12,734 nt of DNA from contig CALAQQ010000071.1 in NCBI GenBank assembly GCA_937888485.1, forward strand, positions 1 through 12,734, in the 5' to 3' direction. Shown here one piece after another: positions 12,441 through 12,734 of the stretch. Below the pieces are notes generated by a model that was given only the letters and a program-made list of their open reading frames with translations, was not told where the DNA came from and did no database searches. Numbering within the stretch: position 1 is the stretch's first letter; each line of letters begins with the position of its first letter. The translations under genes and the position numbers were made by a program. Source of the DNA: an uncultured Clostridia bacterium (GTDB lineage Bacteria; Bacillota; Clostridia; Oscillospirales; Acutalibacteraceae).

Positions 12441-12734
12441 ATAATCCGATAAGTCCGAGAAAACCGTATGAGAAAGCACTCATAATGAGGTTTGCAATAA
12501 GAACACCGAGGGCAATAATCGGAAAAGAAGATTTTATTCTTATGTCGAGCAATGCCGCAATCAGTGCGCCTGTCCAACCGCCCGTACCTGGAAGAGGAAT
12601 GGCAACAAAAGCAAGAAGCCCCCAGTTTCTCCATCTCTTAACCTTTTCGCTCTTTCTCATGGAACGGACTTCAAGTTTTTCGATGAGTCCGCCGATTTTT
12701 TTGAATCTTTTGAGAAACTGAAAAATCCTTCTTA
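12439..12734 (-). CDS. Small multidrug export-like membrane protein (COG2426-type), C-terminal part; the gene continues past the window end
   Basis: The frame stays open upstream of the ORF-track Met (...RRIFQFLKRFKKIGGLIEKLEVRSMRKSEK...). The motif LLAFVAIPLPGTGGWTGALIAALL is typical of this family. TAA stop at 12439-12441. Confidence 0.65.
   Translation of the reverse strand, partial: RRIFQFLKRFKKIGGLIEKLEVRSMRKSEKVKRWRNWGLLAFVAIPLPGTGGWTGALIAALLDIRIKSSFPIIALGVLIANLIMSAFSYGFLGLIGL

Noticed and set aside
12386-12721. ORFs 12386-12721(+) and 12416-12634(-)
   Set aside because: They overlap the terminator and the export-protein gene, whose frame carries a recognisable membrane-protein motif and continues open to the window end.
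4013-12734. Genome-wide TAG reassignment in the host
   Set aside because: About 2900 host codons in nine full-length or near-full-length genes contain no in-frame TAG and have expected lengths and motifs under the standard code. The absence of TAG terminators is a small-sample observation compatible with AT-rich TAA preference.
1-12734. CRISPR arrays, rRNA genes, IS elements or transposases
   Set aside because: No regularly spaced repeat-spacer pattern, no rRNA-like sequence and no transposase- or integrase-like ORF was seen on either strand in this window.

Overview
The window splits in two. Positions 1-3926 are the AT-richer right end of an integrated mobile element. Positions 3927-12734 are ordinary chromosomal genes of a low-GC Gram-positive (Clostridia-like) host, judged from GGAGG-type RBSs and gene content. 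The element ends at a 3' fragment of a tRNA-Thr(GGU) gene that keeps its own terminator. I read this as attR, so the intact tRNA and any integrase should lie left of the window. The element carries a phage-like switch: divergent promoters, three 19-bp operators and a 72-aa Xre/Cro-type HTH gene. It also carries two paralogous genes of unknown function behind a long structured leader, and a separately promoted leftward module (RHH/MobC-like, winged-helix replication-initiator-like, GIY-YIG nuclease, two small ORFs). The main finding is that this module contains five in-frame TAG codons across four consecutive genes that are otherwise intact. Recognisable domain motifs continue across or beyond the TAGs, and the true ends are TAA or TGA. 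One end is an ATGA stop/start overlap that only exists if a TAG is read through. This fits amber-codon reassignment or suppression (as in TAG-recoded phages) better than decay. No suppressor tRNA is visible in the window. The host part encodes a GxGYxYP-family protein, a membrane protein, TrmO, a four-gene leftward operon (sugar-phosphate isomerase, RlmA, GH27, metallophosphoesterase) with a divergent TetR regulator, and a partial small export protein. No CRISPR array or rRNA gene was seen.
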